Positions 9,915 through 20,834 of a stretch of 64,000 nt of DNA are shown here, piece by piece. The notes below the pieces were generated by a model, which was not told where the DNA came from, did no database searches, and worked only from the letters and a program-made list of their open reading frames with translations. The position numbers and the translations under genes are program-made. The stretch's first letter is position 1. The number at the start of each line of letters is the position of its first letter. The stretch is from Hyaloraphidium curvatum SAG 235-1. Taxonomy: Eukaryota > Fungi > Monoblepharomycota. Where the stretch lies: the NCBI GenBank assembly GCA_025558095.1, contig JAIVFI010000027.1, positions 62,001-126,000 of the forward strand, in the 5' to 3' direction.

Positions 9915-12842
9915 ATGCTGAAGCTTAAGCTTCGCGGGCCGGCGACGGCCCCAGCGGTCTCGGAGGGCCCGGAAGAGAGGGCGAACAGCGCAGCAGCCGA
10001 GGGTCTCCCCCGCCCTTCGGACGCGGGGATTGAGGTTCCCGCGGCACCAAAGACATTGGAACAGGAGTTATTCGGGGACGAGCCCGATGTGCATGCGGGG
10101 AACGGCCACCGCGACGCTTCCGCCGAGGTGGAGGGCTCGCAGGCCAACGGCGGGGCCGAGGAGGACGTCCAGCTGTTCTGCATATGCCGTCGTCCCTACG
10201 TCGAGGGTGTTTTCATGTTCGGCTGTGATGGGCCCCCGCGGAACACTGCCATCGAGGACCTTTTCGGGGAGGAGGACGAGCCGGCACCGTCGTGTTCGAA
10301 CTGGTTCCACCCCGCGTGCCTTCTTGGGGGCCCCATGGACGCCGCCGAGTTTTCTCGCCGAGTTTCCGCATTCACGTGCCACGAATGCACCGGTACCCGG
10401 CGGGCGAGGGTCGTTTGGCGCGGTGCGGGGAAGGACGGCTCCGACAAGGTCGCCGAGATTGATCCGGCTCGGATGATTGAGCGGAAGAAGACCTTGCGCA
10501 CCACCGCGGGCACCGCCAAGCCGCCGCCCGCGACCGTGCTCACGGAGGCCGGACTGCAGGAAGCGGTGGACTACCCCGCTCTCCTGGAACAGCACTGGGA
10601 CATCGTGCAGCCGCACTCGTTCCGCGTCGTCGAATCGGGCTTCGACCTGTCGCGGGACCAGCTCAAGGAGGACGGCTTCGACGCCCCCATCCTGATCAAA
10701 TCCCTCGATGGCCTCGGGATGCGGCTACCGAGAACCCTGACCCCGCGCGAGGCCATGGAGCGACTGGGCGCCGAGTACCCGATCGGCGCGATGGACGTGC
10801 GCTTCCAGACCGCCGAGCCCATGAGCTTGGCAGACTTTGTCGCGTACATGGAAACGCCCGAGGCCGAGCGGTCGAGGGTTCTCAACTCGATCTCGGTCGA
10901 GTTCTCGGGCACGCCGATGGAGGAGCTGGTCGAACGGCCGGACGTAGTCAAGGAGCTGGATTGGGACACGCTCGGGGTGTGGGCCGGGGAGGAGAACCAG
11001 CCGAAGAAGATTGCGCTCTATTGGCTCTGCGGAGCCAAAGGGAGCTATACCGAGTAAGCTCCTTCGCGTTTGGCGCCCATTGCCCAGGACTGATTGCGAC
11101 CTCTCGATCCTAGCTTCCACATCGACTTTGGCGGCACCTCCGTCTTCTACGCCCCCATCTCCGGCCTCAAGCGCTTCCTCTTCCTGCGTCCCACGCCGAC
11201 CCTCCTCTCCCTCTATAACGGTTGGCTCGCCTCCCCGAACCAGCACGGCACCTTCCTCCCCGCCATGATCCCGCGCGGCCTCCTCGACGCCGAAGGCGGC
11301 TGCACATACGCCGACGTCGGCCCCGGCGAGTGCCTGCTGATCCCCTCGGGCTGGATCCACGCGGTCCTGACGCCCGAGGACTCGAGCGTCGTCGGGGGAA
11401 ACTTCCTGCACGTGCTCTCGTCGGCGATGCAGGCCCGCGTGGCTGCGATGGAGGAGGAGATCGGCATGCGGAGGGCGTTCAGGATGCCGGGGGGTTACGG
11501 GTGGTTCTGGCGTGCCGCGGCGTGGTATCGCGGCCGGCTTGCCGCGGGGGAGAGGTTCGGCGAGGCGGAGAGGAAGGGCATCGCGGAGCTGGTGAGGTGG
11601 TGCAAGAAGAGGGCCGAGGAGACCAGGGATCTGGAGGACGGCGGGGATCGGGAGAAGGAAAAGGCGCGGAAGATGCGCGAAGAGGTGCCGGCATGGATCG
11701 GGAGCACCAAGAAGCTGTGGAAGGAGCTGAAGCGGGAGCTCAAGCGTTCCACCGAGGACGCCGCCAGCGAGGCTGAAGAGGTGCGGGAGGGCGACCACGA
11801 GGCCGAACCCATTGGCGAAACACCTGCTCCGAACGCGTCTCCAAAGAAGGAGCTCTTTGATCTCGACGGCGCCGGCGAGTGGGTACCCGCGACGAAAGCT
11901 GGGGAGGACCAGCGGGAACTTTTCGATCTCGAAGGATCCGGGGACTGGGTCCCCGTACCGCCCGCGGACGAGCCTGTGAGCGCGAAACGAGAGCTGTTCG
12001 ACCTGGATGGGGCCGGCGACTGGGTCCCGGCGTCGCCGCCGAAACTCGAACCACCAGTCACGACTCGTGTTGTGGATCCCCTACCTCCTTCGCCGCCGAA
12101 GCTCAAGCTCAAGATCCGAGCTGCTGGTGCCGAGCCCGCTGTCTCCGACGAACCGAAAGCTGCCGCGCCTGAAGCATCGGGAGTCAGACCGATGAAGGAC
12201 AAGTTGACCAAGAAGCGGAAAGCCGCCCCCTCTTCTTCGTCGTCTTCGGGATCCGATTCCTCTTCGAGCAGCCGCGCTCCCCGCTCGAAAGCGTCAACCC
12301 GGGATTCGAAGCCTGCACCTGCGAAGCAGAAGGTCAGGCGTCGTGCCGCTTCGGGATCCTCGTCGGAAGGCAAAGGTTCCGGTTCGGACTCGGGGTCCGC
12401 GGATCTGGACTCGGAGTCCGTGGAATCCGATGCGGGCGACGAGTACGCGGAGCCCAAGCCCGCTGCGGGCAAGTCACGTCGCGCGTTTGCCGGGATGGAC
12501 CTCTCGATCGGCCCTCCGAAGGCCAAAAAGAAGAAGGCCGATGCTGAACCGCCGCTTGCGGGCCCGAGGAGTCTGATTCCCGGAAAGGACCGCGCACCGC
12601 AGAAGAAGAAGCGCAAGGCGATCCCCGCCGCAGCACCGGCGCCCGTCGCTCCCAAGCCCGCGGAGCCGGCCGGACCTGTCGTGCCCAAGCTCGGTCTCAT
12701 CGGGCTGATCGCGGCGCAGCAGACGGAGTCGGCCGCAGAAAAGAAGAAGAGGGAGGACAAGGGCAGCGTCTGGGCCAGGTTGGAAAAGAAGGCGGGGAAG
12801 CTCAAGGGCAAGGGCGACTTTGTCGGCGGGAAGAAGCGATGA
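9915..12842 (+). CDS. JHD1: PHD + JmjC histone demethylase (JHD1/KDM2-KDM7-like), one intron ~11053-11113
   Basis: PHD CICRR..GCD..CSNWFHPAC..CHEC; JmjC LNSISVEFS, FHIDFGGTSVFY and LIPSGWIHAVLTPEDSSVVGGNFLH; Lys/Ser-rich tail. Confidence 0.9.
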
Positions 12843-12917
12843 GGGTCTTGTACCTCTTTTTCTCCGGAATCTTGATTACACTAGTTGCGAAAGATCCCAG
12901 GGCGAAGTCTGTCCCAT

Positions 12918-14112
12918 TCAGACTTTGACGACGACCTTGCCCAGCGCGTCGCCACCGGGCTTGAAGATGGCCATGAACGCGTCCGGCCAGGACTCCACGC
13001 CCTGGAAAAAGGTCTCCTCCGTCTTGACGAGGCCCTCGCGCCACCACTTGCTCATGTCCTCGAGGAACTTGCCGCGCTCGCCCGCCAGCCACGGCTGGCA
13101 GAAGAGGCCCTGCACGTTGAGCTGCTTGTAGATGCAGATTGCCGCATCGAGGGGGAGGTTGAGGGGTGTGTCCTCCTTGTTGTAGCCCTCGATCGCGCCG
13201 CAAACGACGATCCGGCCCTTGCTCTGCAGCGTGTTCAGGGCGGCCGTGAAGTGCGCGCCTCCGACGTTTTCAAAGTAGGCGGTAATCCCTGTCGATTGGC
13301 GGGTAAGCAACCTGGAGGATGATCGCGGGATCTGGACCGACACTAACCATCGGGCGACTGGCTCGCGACGAGCTTGGTGAGCTCGGCGGCGTCCTTGGCC
13401 TCCTTGTAGTTGAAGCACTTGTCGAACGAGAACTTGTCGACGGCAATCTTGCACTTGGCATCACTGCCCGCGCTGCCGATGACCAGCTCGGCCTTGTTTA
13501 CGTTCTTGGCGATCTGGCCGAGGACCGACCCGACGGCGCCGGTGGCGGTCGAGATCCACACCCGGTCCGTGGGCTGCAGCGCAAGAAGGTCCGCGCCGGC
13601 ATATGCGGTGCTACCAGGCATCCCGAGCAGCCCGATCCCGAGCGAAATCTCCGACTCCTTGAGGTAGGGAGTCAGGTTCCGCACGTTGCCGGACACCGCA
13701 GCGCCGGGGACGGCCTGGACGGCGACCAGCGGGAGGTTGGCGCCGAAGCGGTCGCCGGCCTTGAAGGCGGCGTTGTTGGACTTGAGCACCTTGCCCGAGA
13801 CGTACGCGTTGATGGGCTTGCCGACGGTCTGCCCGCGGCCGGGCCGCATTGTGCCCCGCAGGTACGGGTCGACCGACATGGCGAGCACCTGCAGCCCATG
13901 TAAGCGACAAGTAGACACGAAGCACCCGTGCAGATGAAGAGTAGACACGCGTAAGAGACGGGCAAACGGGTTCGACGCGGCCTCCGAACCTGGACGAGGA
14001 GCCCGTCCGCGGGGGCATCTTCCGGCGCGTCCACCTCGACGATGGCAAAGTCCTCACGCGTCGGCTCGCCGACGGGGACCTTCGCGAGCGTAACGGCCTT
14101 CGTTTTCGGCAT
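12918..14112 (-). CDS. NADP-dependent alkenal/prostaglandin reductase-like MDR oxidoreductase (PTGR1/CurA family), 2 introns
   Basis: SVDPYLRG, GLLGMPGSTAYAG, ATGAVGSVLGQIAK, GSAGSDAK, YFENVGG, GRIVVCGAI and GKVVVKV. Confidence 0.9.
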
Positions 14113-14400
14113 CCTGGAGGGAAAAAGACTCGACTTTCGTAATGGGTGACGGCCGTCGGCTAAATCCGCGGCTCTAATGGCGTGCCGGCGCCAATTTCTC
14201 TCGCGCCTTGGGCACTTTGACCGTCCACTTATACCATCACGCGGATATCCAAACCGCGCGTTGCCAACAGCAGAGTTCATCAATCACATTTTACTTATCC
14301 GAGCCTGGTTCTGCCTTCGATTGTTTGCGATGCAGTTGTCACGCCTCTCCGCTTCATCCGGCAGCAAGCTTCGTTTTCGGTCCTAGGAAAAAGGAAACGT

Positions 14401-14700
14401 CTACGGGGTCGGACACACGTTATCCATGCTGAATTTGATGCCCGCCCCCCGGACCAACGTCCACAAGCCCAAGGCGGCGGTAAGGGCCGTGACGGCAAAA
14501 GCCCGCGCGGCTCCGTAGTCGATCGCGAAGCCAAGCCACTTGCCCCTCGCCGAGGTCTCCCAGCAGGCCCAACAACGCCTCGTGGTCCGCCAACTGGGCA
14601 GTTCGCGCGTCCGCGTTGTGGGGGAGAAGCCGTAGCCATGCGGCCGCGGATCCCAAGTCCTCCGCATCCGTTCGGGGCTGATCTCTACGCCGATGCGCTC
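14401..14700 (-). pseudogene. 3' remnant (IL3 and TM7) of the 7-TM GRL-like family
   Basis: DHEALLGLL, then a frameshift, then RGKWLGFAIDYGAARAFAVTALTAALGLWTLVRGAGIKFSMDNVCP*. This matches the C-termini of the intact members at 20835 and 38874. Confidence 0.75.
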
Positions 14701-14830
14701 GGTCGGGGCTCAGATCATTAAAACCAACGCCAGTACGTTTAGGTCGCAGAGGCGGGCGTAAAGGCGTAGACCGTCCACAGAGCTGTACGTTCTCCAGGAT
14801 CATAATCAACGTTGACGAGCTCAACAAGTC

Positions 14831-15870
14831 CTACACCTTGACAAGCATCTTCCACCCCGCCACCGACATCCTCACCCACACCAGAAAACACACCCCAACC
14901 GCGTAGATGCACCCCGCCCACAGCTGGGCGTACAAGTAGCTCGCCGACACCTTCACCCCGTCGATGTACACGGCCCCGCGGTCCACCAGCGCCCCAAACA
15001 GCGGCGCGTTGCCGAAGAAGGCGAGTGAGAAGGCGACGTACAGCGTTCCGATGGCCACGGGGAACGCTTCGATGCGCGCAAAGAGCTTGGCGACGTTGGT
15101 CCCCACCAGACCAAAGAGCGGGCCCCAGAAGAGGCCCCAGCACACCGCGAACGCGTACAGCATGGCTTCGCTGGTCCCAGCCGGCACCCAGAGCGCAAAG
15201 ATGGACAGGGCGGTGAGCGCCTGCATCAGGCAGAGCAGGTTCAGCGACCCCGCCCGGTGCACGAGCGAGCCGACCACCACGGAGGAGAGCGAGCCAACGC
15301 CGCCGTTGATGGCGAGGAGGTTGGAGCCCATCTGCGGGCTCAGCTTCATGTCGTAGGCGTAGGAGGGGAGGAAGAAAGGGGAGGGGAAGGCCCAGGCGGC
15401 GAGGAAGAGGCCGAGGAAGAGGCGGAGGAAGAGCGAGTCCTTGAACAGGGCGACGGAGAAGAAGGGTCGTTTGGGGGTGTCCGGCGACGGTTTGGGCCGC
15501 GCCGAGAGGGGGATCCGGGGGCGGAAGATGATCGCGCAAAAGCCCATGACGGCCGCGTTGACGACAGCGTAGATGCGCAGGGTCCAAGCCGGGCCGAGGC
15601 TCGCGAGCATCCTTCCCGTCGCCAGGGACCACACCAGCCCGCCGATCCCGGTGCCGCTCATCGCCAGTCCGAATGCCAGGGGGAGCTTCTTTGCGAACCA
15701 CCCCGAGGGAGCGCTGGTGGCTCCGTTGCCCGCGAACGCGCAGCCGATCCCAAACACGACGCCCTGCGTGGCCAGCACCCCGCCGACCGACGTTGTGCAG
15801 ACGAACGACGCGGCGACATTGGCCGAGACCTGCAGCGCGGCCCCCAGGAGCAGCGAAGCACGCGACCCGC
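14831..15870 (-). CDS. MFS transporter, monocarboxylate (MCH/MCT) family; 5' end unresolved or truncated
   Basis: TQGVVFGIG, WFAKKLPLAFGLAMSGTGIGG, LGPAWTLRI and PFFLPSYA; about 9 hydrophobic helices visible; no clear start or first TM helices. Confidence 0.75.
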
Positions 15871-16553
15871 TCCCTGGCCGGGGGCAAAGCCGATAGTCAT
15901 ACGCCGACGAGGCTCACTCCATGCAGGATGCGTAACGATTTCACCATCCGTGGCCAACAAGCATGGGACATGTTGGGCTACAGGCGGCGGCGGTGCCGTT
16001 TGCTCGCGTCTCGCGTGACGGATGCCAAGACGGAGCCACGGATACCAAGACGGAGCCTGAAGGGAGCATGGAAAGTCAACGAGGCGATCCGAGTGAGCGC
16101 AACTTCGCAACACTCACGCTACTTCGCTGACAAGCTTCCACCAAAAATAAGAAAGCTAGGCAAGCTGCTTGATACGCAGGTTGTTTCCGTCACTTCTATG
16201 ATATGCAACTAGCTTTCGAGAACCGAGTGGCCCGAGCGCAGCAGCGCTGTAGAGTCGAGCGAAATGCACTACGGCGCGGAGCACCTGAACTGGGGCATGA
16301 CGGACGCGCTGCTTTGAGGCCGCGGGGACCTGCCCCTCGAAACTGCTGCAGATTCGACACGCGAACGTGGACGATTAGAACGCTTGTTGGCTGCTTTGGG
16401 GAGGTGGCGGGGCTGGAAATCAACACGGACCAGGTGGAGAAGAGTCTGGCGGCCGCCGTGAGCCCGACGATTGAGAAGCGGCGATCGAAGGCGCTCCGTC
16501 CCCCCGCATCGCGCCCGAAGCGCGTCCCACGCGCGCGCTACGCGGCCTCAGCG

Positions 16554-17066
16554 ATGGCCGCGCCGAATGTGGAGGAGTTCCAGGCTGCCAGCGCCCCGCA
16601 CGACTGCGAAATCACCGCGGGCCAGGGCGACAAGGCCGTCGCGTTCAAGGCGCACCGGCTGCTGCTCCGGATGGCGTCGACGGTCATCGACCAGATGTGC
16701 GCGGACTGCGACGGTGCGGACGAGGTGGGAGGATCGGCGGCATGGCGGCTCTGCCTTGGTTGACGTGCAGGACCAGCGCCTTCCCTCTCCCGCGGTGGCT
16801 GTGGTACATTCCATACCGTGAACTGCAAATTCTTCTGCGAGGACGTGTCGGCCGTCGTGACGCGGCGGTGGAAGTTCAAGGACATCGTCAAGACCATCAG
16901 CGATCTCCCGAACGGACACGGTATCGCCGCCGACCTGAACCATCTCTACATCGAACGGATTGCCGAGGCCTATAAAAAGATCCGTGCTACCCCTCGGAAG
17001 TCCACTGCGAAGCAGGAAAGGGACCTGGTGGAGGAGCAGCTCGGCGTCATCTTTGATGGAGGATGA
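16554..17066 (+). pseudogene. BTB/POZ-domain protein, apparently disrupted
   Basis: DCEITAG..FKAHRLLLRMASTV is a BTB start. After the intron at ~16724-16770 the frame stops at 16821, while a coding-looking segment continues in another frame to 17066. Confidence 0.5.
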
Positions 17067-17085
17067 TATGCTGCCCCGCCTAGCG

Positions 17086-17120
17086 ACAGCAGTAGCAGCA
17101 GCAGCAGTAGCAGTGACAGC
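17086..17120. repeat. Short imperfect (CAG/TAG)n microsatellite
   Basis: acagcagtagcagcagcagcagtagcagtgacagc. Confidence 0.6.
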
Positions 17121-17413
17121 GAATGACTGTACGTGCTCGATTGACAGCGAGCGGCCATAACGATCCGGGCCTCACGACGTGAACGAGCTGTCGACTTTTG
17201 AGTCTCCTGAAATCCATCCATCTCGACTATTGAGCAGCATAGAGTATCCGGAGAAACGCTCGTGCTCCGGATCCGGGAGCCGGAACAAGTTTAAGGGGGG
17301 CAGGGCTCTATCTTTCGTGTAAACTGGTGTTTGATGAACAAGTTTAGGCGCCTCGCGACTTGCCCCTGCTGACTGAGCGCCGCGATCCAGTCACCGCCCG
17401 ACCGCACCCCGCC

Positions 17414-19388
17414 ATGCTCCGCGCGGCGCTCTCGTCCGCGCTGCGGCGACCGGGCACGCAGCCGGCCGTGCGGACTGCGGCTGCCCCGGCGCCCCTGCGG
17501 ACGCTGCGGCAGCCCCACCCGGCGCCGATGCCCGTGGCGCTCCGGCCGTGGCCCGCCCTCGCCGGTGCGCCGCGCTTCCGCGCGATGTCTCAGCAGGCCG
17601 CGCCGGCCGCGGGCGGGCAGCAGCAGCAGAAGGCGCGGCCGAAGCACGGCCTGCCGTTCCGTGCGGCGCGGGGATTCCTCGGCGCCGCCACCGCCGCGGG
17701 CCTCGCATACTGGTTCTACCTGTTCAAGCTGCAGGAGGAGCCGGCTGTCATGGCGCCCGACGCGCCAGACCCGCCGCCGGAGGTGTTCGTCCACCCGTAC
17801 TCGCTCAAGCCGTGGTGGTGGCGGTTCCTCTTCTCCGTCAGGCGGTCGCTATACCTGGCATGGGTCTTTTTCCCCGTCGGCGTGAGGCTCTTTTTCTCGT
17901 CGCTCTTTCCGAAATCGGAGTATTTCCGGGAGGCCCTCGTGGAGTCGTTCCTGCGGGCCATGGAGAAGGGCGGGTGCTGCTTCATGAAGCTGGGCCAGTG
18001 GATCTCGATGCGGCCGGACCTGTTCCCGCCCGACATCATCGCCGCCATGGCGACGCTCCGGACGGGCGTGCCGCCACACCCGATCGAGCACACGCGCCGG
18101 GAGATCCGGGACAGCTTCGGCCGCGACCTCGAGGACATCTTCGAGTCGTTCGAGGAGAAGCCCTCCTCGAGCGGCACCGTGGCGCAGGTCCACCGCGCCG
18201 TGCTCCGCAACGAAAAGATCGGCGGCACGGAGCAGGTGGCCGTCAAGGTCCGCCACCCCAACGCCATCGCGGAATCCTTCGTGGACCTGGACCTCATCTT
18301 CCTCTTCGTCGACACCTTCCTGCCCACCACCTACGCGCTGCCGTGCTCGCAGGACGAGCTGGCCCGGATCATCCAGCAGCAGCTCGATTTCCGCTGGGAG
18401 GCCTACAACCTGTCGGTCTTTGCCCGCAACTTCCACGCCGAGCTCAGCTCGGGCCTGATCCACTTCCCCCGCGTCACCAAATCCCTCGTCTCCGACTCTG
18501 TGCTCGTCGAATCGTGGGCCGAGGGCGACACCATCGAGACCATGTTCTCGGAGATCCACTCGTACGACGGCTCGTGGGCCAACGCGCGCAACCGGACCCT
18601 GGGCGACCGCTTCTCCGCCGCCGCGCGCGAGAAGAAGAAGCAGCTCGCCCGCCTGCTGTTCGACATCAACGCCAAGATGTTTTTGCGCGACAATATGGCC
18701 CACTCGGACATGCACGGCGGCAACCTCATCTTCTCGCCCGTCCACGGGCAGGTGACGGTGATCGACGCGGGCCTCGTGGCCACGCTGGACCCGGACGCGT
18801 ACAACGCCTTCGGCGACTTCATGCGCGGGCTGTGCGCCGGGAACGTGGACACCATCACCGAAAAGCTGCTCGAGTTCAACGTCTCGAGCTCGCCGGTCGA
18901 CGAGGGCGAGTTCCGCGCGTCGGTGCAGCGCCTGGTGGACCAGTGGAAGGCCTCGGCCACGTCGACGGCGCGGGACGAGACCGGCGCGCGGAAACCCTCG
19001 ACGCAGCCGGGCGTGGCGGAGGAGTTCGAGGAAGGGTCGTCGCCCGCCCTGGGCGACCTCGTGGGGAGCCTTCTGATCAACCTGCAAAAGTTCCGGATGA
19101 AGCTCCGCGGCGACGTGGCCGCGAGCATCATGACCATCTCGATCGCCGAGGGGCTGATCCTGCAGCTGGATCCGGATTTCGACGTCGTGTTTTCGGCGCT
19201 GCCCTACTTTGTCAAGTACAGGGTGGGTTTCTCGCGTGGGGTGAGGTTGTGACGGAGCTGACGCTTTCGACCAGGGATGGGAAAGCGCCAAGGCGGCGTG
19301 GGAAGGGACCAAGAAGAACAAACCGGCGGAGAAGAAGGCGGTGGTGGAGAGCGTCGCGGAGGGGAACGCCGTAGCCAAAGCGGCTTGA
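17414..19388 (+). CDS. Mitochondrial ABC1/UbiB atypical kinase (ADCK2/Cqd1-like), one 3' intron
   Basis: Presequence; FMKLGQWISMRPDLFP (KxGQ), SSGTVAQVHRA, VAVKVRHP, HSDMHGGN and IDAGLV; intron ~19222-19274; stop TGA at 19388. Confidence 0.9.
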
Positions 19389-19553
19389 GCTCCATCTTGA
19401 AAGCGGCCGGGAATTGCCTCGGTTTGCGGCACGAGGAACAGGAAACAGACTTAGTCGGGCTAGAACTGATTAGACTGGCAATGGAGATGATCATTTCGGA
19501 AAGTCTTGGCGACATCGAAGATACGTCGTACTCTCACTACCTGTTGAAGGCGC

Positions 19554-20702
19554 CTACAACTTCGCAGCCTCGCTGCTGGGATCCTCGGCAACGTCGATGA
19601 CGACCTTGCCGTACGACTTCCTCGACGCCAGATCCTCCAGCGCCTCCCCGACCTTGTCCAGCCCCTTGTACCTCTTCCCAAACACCAGCGGCTTGGGCTT
19701 GAGCCGGCTCGCAAACAGCCTCCCGACGCCCTCGATCGCGGGCTCCCACAACTCGGGGAACTGCGCGAACGTGCCGCCCTGGGTCACGTGGAGCACGTTG
19801 ATCTGCTTGACGAGGAGGATGTTGGTGCGCACGCGCTCGGGGGTCTGCGGGGTGCGGCCGGTGAAGCCGACGAGCATGACGCGCGAGTGGGGGGCGCAGC
19901 ACTTGAGGCCGGCCTCGAGCTGGCCGACGATGTCGACTGCGGGAAGCAAATGAACACGGGATCACGTCTGCGGCAGAAGACAAGACCCACAGAACACGTC
20001 GACTCCGGGGAACTTCTTGCCCGCCTTGACGGTGAGCTCCTTGACCTTGACCGCCCAGTCCGGGTCCGCCGAGTAGTCGAAAACGTAATCTGCCCCCAGC
20101 TGCCTGCACACCTCCATCTTCTCCGCCGACCCGCACGTCGCGACGACCGTGCAGTTGAAGTACTTTGCGATCTGCACGGCCGCGCAGCCCACGCCCCCGG
20201 CAGCTGCGTTCACGAGCACCCACTCCCCCTCCCTGATCTTGGCCCGGTCCACGAGCCCGTGCCAGCTGGTCACATAGTTGCCCCTGAACCCGCACGCCTC
20301 GCGCAAGCTGAGCTCGGGCGGCACCCGGTTCACGTCGTGCGAAGACCGCGGGACCACGGCGAGCAGCTCCCGTGCACAGCCACCGGTGATATAGGGCGCG
20401 ACGGAGCCGTAGACGCGGGTGCCGGGTTGCAGGGGGAGGAGGTGCTTCAAGTGCGGGTTCTGGGCCGCGCGCGGGCCGACCTCCGCCACGACACCACTGT
20501 ACTCGTGGCAAGGAACGAAGGGCAGCTCGGGCTTGTACTGGTACGTGCCCGCGAGCAGCAAGATGTCCGGGAAGTTGACGGAAACGTGGACGATCTTGAT
20601 GAGCAGGCCGTCCGGGGGACACGCTGGCGCCGGCACGTCCTCCACGCAGCCCGCCGCGTCCCGCGGGTTCGGCATCGCCCGGCGGATGAGAATGGCTTTC
20701 AT
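19554..20702 (-). CDS. NADPH:quinone oxidoreductase (zeta-crystallin-like MDR), one intron
   Basis: VNFPDILLLAGTYQYKPELPFVP, VLVNAAAGGVGCAAVQIAK, LGADYVFDY and YGKVVI. Confidence 0.9.
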
Positions 20703-20834
20703 GGCGCCGAGGATGCGCGCGAGATGGCCTAGTTTCGGGCCGCGCGGCTTGAGGGAGACAGTCTGGAGAAACAGCCGAAGCTAGGCGCGGAAGGCACGCG
20801 CGGAACCGGCAAACAGTGAAGTCTGAACAGAACA

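Noticed and set aside
16020-16057. 18-bp direct repeat ggat(g/a)ccaagacggagcc upstream of the MFS gene
   Set aside because: Only two adjacent copies with no element structure; probably a local slippage duplication.
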